From NCBI GenBank assembly GCA_039588275.1, contig JBDHAC010000001.1, forward strand, positions 13,203 to 77,202: a stretch of DNA of 64,000 bases. Reading direction: 5' to 3'. Shown piece after piece: positions 61,428 to 64,000 of the stretch. Source of the stretch: Gemmatimonadota bacterium (GTDB lineage Bacteria > Gemmatimonadota > Gemmatimonadetes > Palauibacterales > Palauibacteraceae). The notes under the pieces are model-generated. The model saw only the letters and a program-made list of their open reading frames with translations, searched no databases and was not told the DNA's origin. The translations under genes were made by a program, and so were the position numbers. How positions within the stretch are numbered: the stretch's first letter is position 1; every line of letters starts with the position of its first letter.

Positions 61428-61450
61428 TGACCGAGAGTTCTCCCGATCAT
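61391..61450 (-). pseudogene. Possible 5' relic of a Ser/Thr protein kinase gene (first ~18 codons only)
   Basis: The minus-strand reading from ATG 61450 is MIGRTLGHYRIVQKIGQG-KGTI.... This matches the stereotyped kinase N-terminus (..LGHYRI..KIG.GGMG) up to the Gly loop, then decays where it overlaps the PPIase 3' end. Confidence 0.3.
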
Positions 61451-61734
61451 TTCAATGCCCCACCGGAGTTGGCCACCCAGCCTCGACCAGCAGCATTGCG
61501 GCACCTGGTGACGAGTTTTACCGTGAAATCCTAGCTCTACGGTGATCTTGACCGTAGCCGCCAGGGGCCCCCGATGTGCGAGGGATCGACTGTGGCGGCA
61601 AAGAAATATCGTTCTGGTTCTTGCGCCGATTGGCCCAGCCTACCGCTGCGACCCCTCAGGATCTCTCCATGCCGTTCACCACTAGCTCCTGGCGATAACC
61701 AGGGACGGGCACCACCCGCCCAGGGAGGTCTGCT

Positions 61735-62952
61735 ATGTCAGGAAGAGCAGCCGCGTGGCTCGGGCTGCTGCTGACGGCAGGCACAGTCGGAGGCCTAGCA
61801 CAAGCACCTGAGGACGGCCCTCCGACCCGTCGCTTCGACCGCCAGGCAGCACCACTTACGTCATCCGCCCTATCGAGCTCGATCGCCGCCGGATCCGCAG
61901 CTTCGTTACTTCGGCCCGGCGACCCGACGATCGTGATCGCCACTGGCTTCGTCGCCCCCTGCAGGATGGCGGCAGGTCCCCAGGGAGACCTGTTCGTCAC
62001 CGACCAGGGCACCATCTACGGCGTCACGCTGGACGGCACGGTGAGCGTGTTTGTTACGGTCCCAGACGCCCGCGGTAACGACTTCGATGCGTTCGGCCAC
62101 TTGCTGGTGCCATCCCCAGCCAACGGGACCGTGTACCGTGTGTCACCCACCGGTGAGGTGACCCCTTTCCTGACCGTGTTCAATCCGCGCCGAGCCAGGA
62201 CAGGACCGGACGGAAGCATCTGGATCGCAACCATCGACTCGCTTCACCACTTCGACGCCGTGGGCCGCTATCTGGAGAGCTTTGACGTAATGAGTCAGGG
62301 CGGCGCGGCGTTCGGGCTCAGGTTCTCGCCCTCGGGTGAGCTCTACTTCACGAGCTGGGCTGGGTATTGGAAGCTCGAGAATGGCGCCGTCGTACCCGTG
62401 CTGACCGGCCTCACGCCGCGGCAGGGGGCGCCCAACTTCGACGAGCTCGGCAACAGCTACCGGATTTTCGAGGCCGTTGGGGTGGGCGATACCGACCGCG
62501 TGATCCTGGCCGACTCCGATTTCGCGACGGTGGACGACACACTCGTCAGTCAGATCCAGGCTCCGTGCTCCGCCGCATTCGCACGTGACGCTGCGGGCGA
62601 TATGACGAACCGGTTCTTCGTGGGCCAGAGAGACGGCACCCTCGTCGAAGTGAACTCCGCTGCGATCGCTGCACCGGGCTGGCCGACGGTCGGTCTGGAG
62701 ATCGATCGGCTGGACGAGGATGATTGCGCGGGCACGGTCGTGGGCATGACCGGTCTCATCACGGCGGACCAGAGCCACTTCTTGGATGTGATCGGCAACA
62801 ACAACGGTTCCTATGATGTAGGTGATTTTCGGGCCTATCTGATCGCAACCGGCATCACGGAGAGTTCCTCAGCGACCGGTCCGCGCGACATGCCTCCGCT
62901 CGCGAGCCAGCCGGGGCCTGCCGGGCCCGGGGAAAGGAGGGTACGACGATGA
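61735..62952 (+). CDS. Secreted beta-propeller-like protein (SMP-30/NHL-like) with a C-terminal dockerin/EF-hand-like Ca-binding motif
   Basis: ORF of 405 aa with GGGAGG 6 nt upstream. It has a signal peptide and repeated G.LFVTD / G.IWIAT / GELYFTS strand motifs. The C-terminus is LDVIGNNNGSYDVGDFRAYL. Confidence 0.6.
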   Translation: MSGRAAAWLGLLLTAGTVGGLAQAPEDGPPTRRFDRQAAPLTSSALSSSIAAGSAASLLRPGDPTIVIATGFVAPCRMAAGPQGDLFVTDQGTIYGVTLDGTVSVFVTVPDARGNDFDAFGHLLVPSPANGTVYRVSPTGEVTPFLTVFNPRRARTGPDGSIWIATIDSLHHFDAVGRYLESFDVMSQGGAAFGLRFSPSGELYFTSWAGYWKLENGAVVPVLTGLTPRQGAPNFDELGNSYRIFEAVGVGDTDRVILADSDFATVDDTLVSQIQAPCSAAFARDAAGDMTNRFFVGQRDGTLVEVNSAAIAAPGWPTVGLEIDRLDEDDCAGTVVGMTGLITADQSHFLDVIGNNNGSYDVGDFRAYLIATGITESSSATGPRDMPPLASQPGPAGPGERRVRR

Positions 62953-63368
62953 CGCGGTGCCGACGGCGAACGCTGGTCGCGATAGCCGCCGCGCTGACCC
63001 TCGCCATCGCGTGTGGTGACGATGGCCCCGGCGGACCCACGGGCCCGATCTCCGGAACCCTGGCCCTCAACCTGACGACGCCGAACGCGGACGATGCCGC
63101 CCTCGTGCTCCGGCTCACCGGACCCGGCATCACACAGGTGTCGGCCTCGGATCCAAGCACCTACCTGTATTCGAGTCAGGACGGGGCCACCCTCACGGCC
63201 GTGATCGTGGGAGACTTGCAGAACGGGTCTGTGCTCAGGTTTCGGGTGCCCGACGTGAACGCGGTGTCCTCACATAGCGGTACCGTGCTCGAGGTGGCTG
63301 ACGAAGCCAACGCGCTGCGCGGATCCCTCGCAGGCTATGGACTCTCGGTAACGGCGGGTTCCGAGTAG
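62949..63368 (+). CDS. Small lipoprotein, unknown function
   Basis: ORF of 139 aa with an ATGA overlap on the upstream gene and AGGAGGG upstream. The lipobox is AAALTLAIAC|G, and the remainder is beta-rich. Confidence 0.6.
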   Translation: MTRCRRRTLVAIAAALTLAIACGDDGPGGPTGPISGTLALNLTTPNADDAALVLRLTGPGITQVSASDPSTYLYSSQDGATLTAVIVGDLQNGSVLRFRVPDVNAVSSHSGTVLEVADEANALRGSLAGYGLSVTAGSE

Positions 63369-63574
63369 GCACATGCCCGGCGGGCGACCACGAGTGGAAG
63401 ATCCTCGTCGCCCGCCCGCCGGATTCACCGAGCCCAAGTGCGGCCAGCGCTCAGCGCGCCGAGACACCGCACTCGACGCACGGGCGCGCACGCGCCAGAC
63501 TCCATCCTGCGCAGACCGAAGGCGGCCGTCACCGACGGCCGCCCCCATACGCAACATCGGTGAGAAGAGAGTCG

Positions 63575-64000
63575 ATGCCTCGTCGCCGGATGCGTCTCCC
63601 ACGCCCGCTCGCCGATGCGATTCGGGGCGCTCCGGGGCCGCGGACCAGCGGCCGGTTCCCGGCCAGGTTCTGCGCGCGGCCCGCCGTGTGGAACCTCTTC
63701 ATCGTCGTGCTCACGAGTTGCCGGGCCGGTGACTCCCCCGTGGACCGCCCCTCCGCCGGCGCCTCGGTCGCGCGGGACAGCGCGGGCGTCGCGATCGTCG
63801 AAAGCCGTGGACCGAGGTGGACAGCGGCCACCGCCTGGGTGATCGGCGCGGATCCGGTCCTCGACATCGGGGCGGCAGACGGATCCGCGGAATTCCAGTT
63901 TGACGGGATAGAAGGGTTACTGAGGCTCGAGGACGGCGGGCTCGTGGTGGCCGATGCAGGATCGGGCGAGCTGCGCTTCTACGATCCTGCGGGTCGCTTC
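63575..64000 (+). CDS. Lipoprotein, probable 6-bladed beta-propeller family, N-terminal part (continues beyond window end)
   Basis: Absent from the ORF track because it runs off the edge. My manual translation from ATG 63575 (alternatives 63590 or GTG 63686) reads MPRRRMRLPRPL...AVWNLFIVVLTSC|RAGDSP...VAIVESRGPRW...VLDIGAADGSAEFQFDGIEGLLRLEDGGLVVADAGSGELRFYDPAGRF. It is stop-free to 64000 (142 codons). Confidence 0.6.
   Translation, partial: MPRRRMRLPRPLADAIRGAPGPRTSGRFPARFCARPAVWNLFIVVLTSCRAGDSPVDRPSAGASVARDSAGVAIVESRGPRWTAATAWVIGADPVLDIGAADGSAEFQFDGIEGLLRLEDGGLVVADAGSGELRFYDPAGRF

Noticed and set aside
1-64000. A search by eye for tRNA/rRNA genes, IS elements, integrases, phage genes, toxin-antitoxin pairs and known defence genes (restriction-modification, Cas, CBASS cyclases, STAND NTPases).
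   Set aside because: None was recognised in any intergenic gap or ORF translation. Absence is based on visual inspection only; tRNAscan-SE, Infernal, ISfinder and DefenseFinder runs would be decisive.

Overview
This is a visibly GC-rich bacterial chromosomal window. Third codon positions are dominated by G/C, and long spurious antisense ORFs occur throughout. The gene content (many secreted peptidases, TolB-like and 6-bladed propellers) suggests a Gemmatimonadota- or Acidobacteriota-like organism, but that is inference only. I support about 55 protein-coding genes, mostly in tight, often overlapping operons. I recognised no rRNA, tRNA, CRISPR array, transposase or integrase.

Main blocks:
- (i) 1-1877: a ceramidase-like gene (partial) plus an outer-membrane barrel.
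- (ii) 2271-8513: a six-gene, translationally coupled operon. It encodes a DUF900-like alpha/beta hydrolase with a ~200-aa insertion, a caspase-fold peptidase, a large beta-sandwich/wHTH protein, two coiled-coil lipoproteins and a small helical protein. A 39-bp AT-rich palindrome lies upstream. I cannot assign this operon to any named system, and it is my top candidate for a previously undescribed protease-centred envelope/cell-death or defence module.
- (iii) 9495-22030: an envelope lipid/glycan cluster. It holds a fused nucleotidyltransferase/CDP-alcohol phosphatidyltransferase, an MMPL/RND pump, two MlaC-like proteins (one fused to DUF3047), a TolC-like protein, a MOP flippase, and a divergent radical-SAM/SPASM gene plus two glycosyltransferases.
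- (iv) A peptidase-rich stretch: M61, two S9, M23, two M16, and S8 with PrcB.
- (v) A four-gene 2-oxoacid:ferredoxin oxidoreductase operon whose delta subunit is fused to a GltD-like NAD(P)H flavoprotein.
- (vi) Two diverged paralogues of a PaaK/F390-synthetase-like adenylate-forming enzyme, 14 kb apart.
- (vii) Small-scale structure: a 21-bp x ~5.8 in-frame minisatellite before an MFS gene, a 2 x 37-bp tandem duplication at a gene junction, a TetR operator palindrome, a cupin relic, a possible Ser/Thr-kinase 5' relic and a truncated hydrolase.

All family assignments come from motif recognition by eye. No database search was run.
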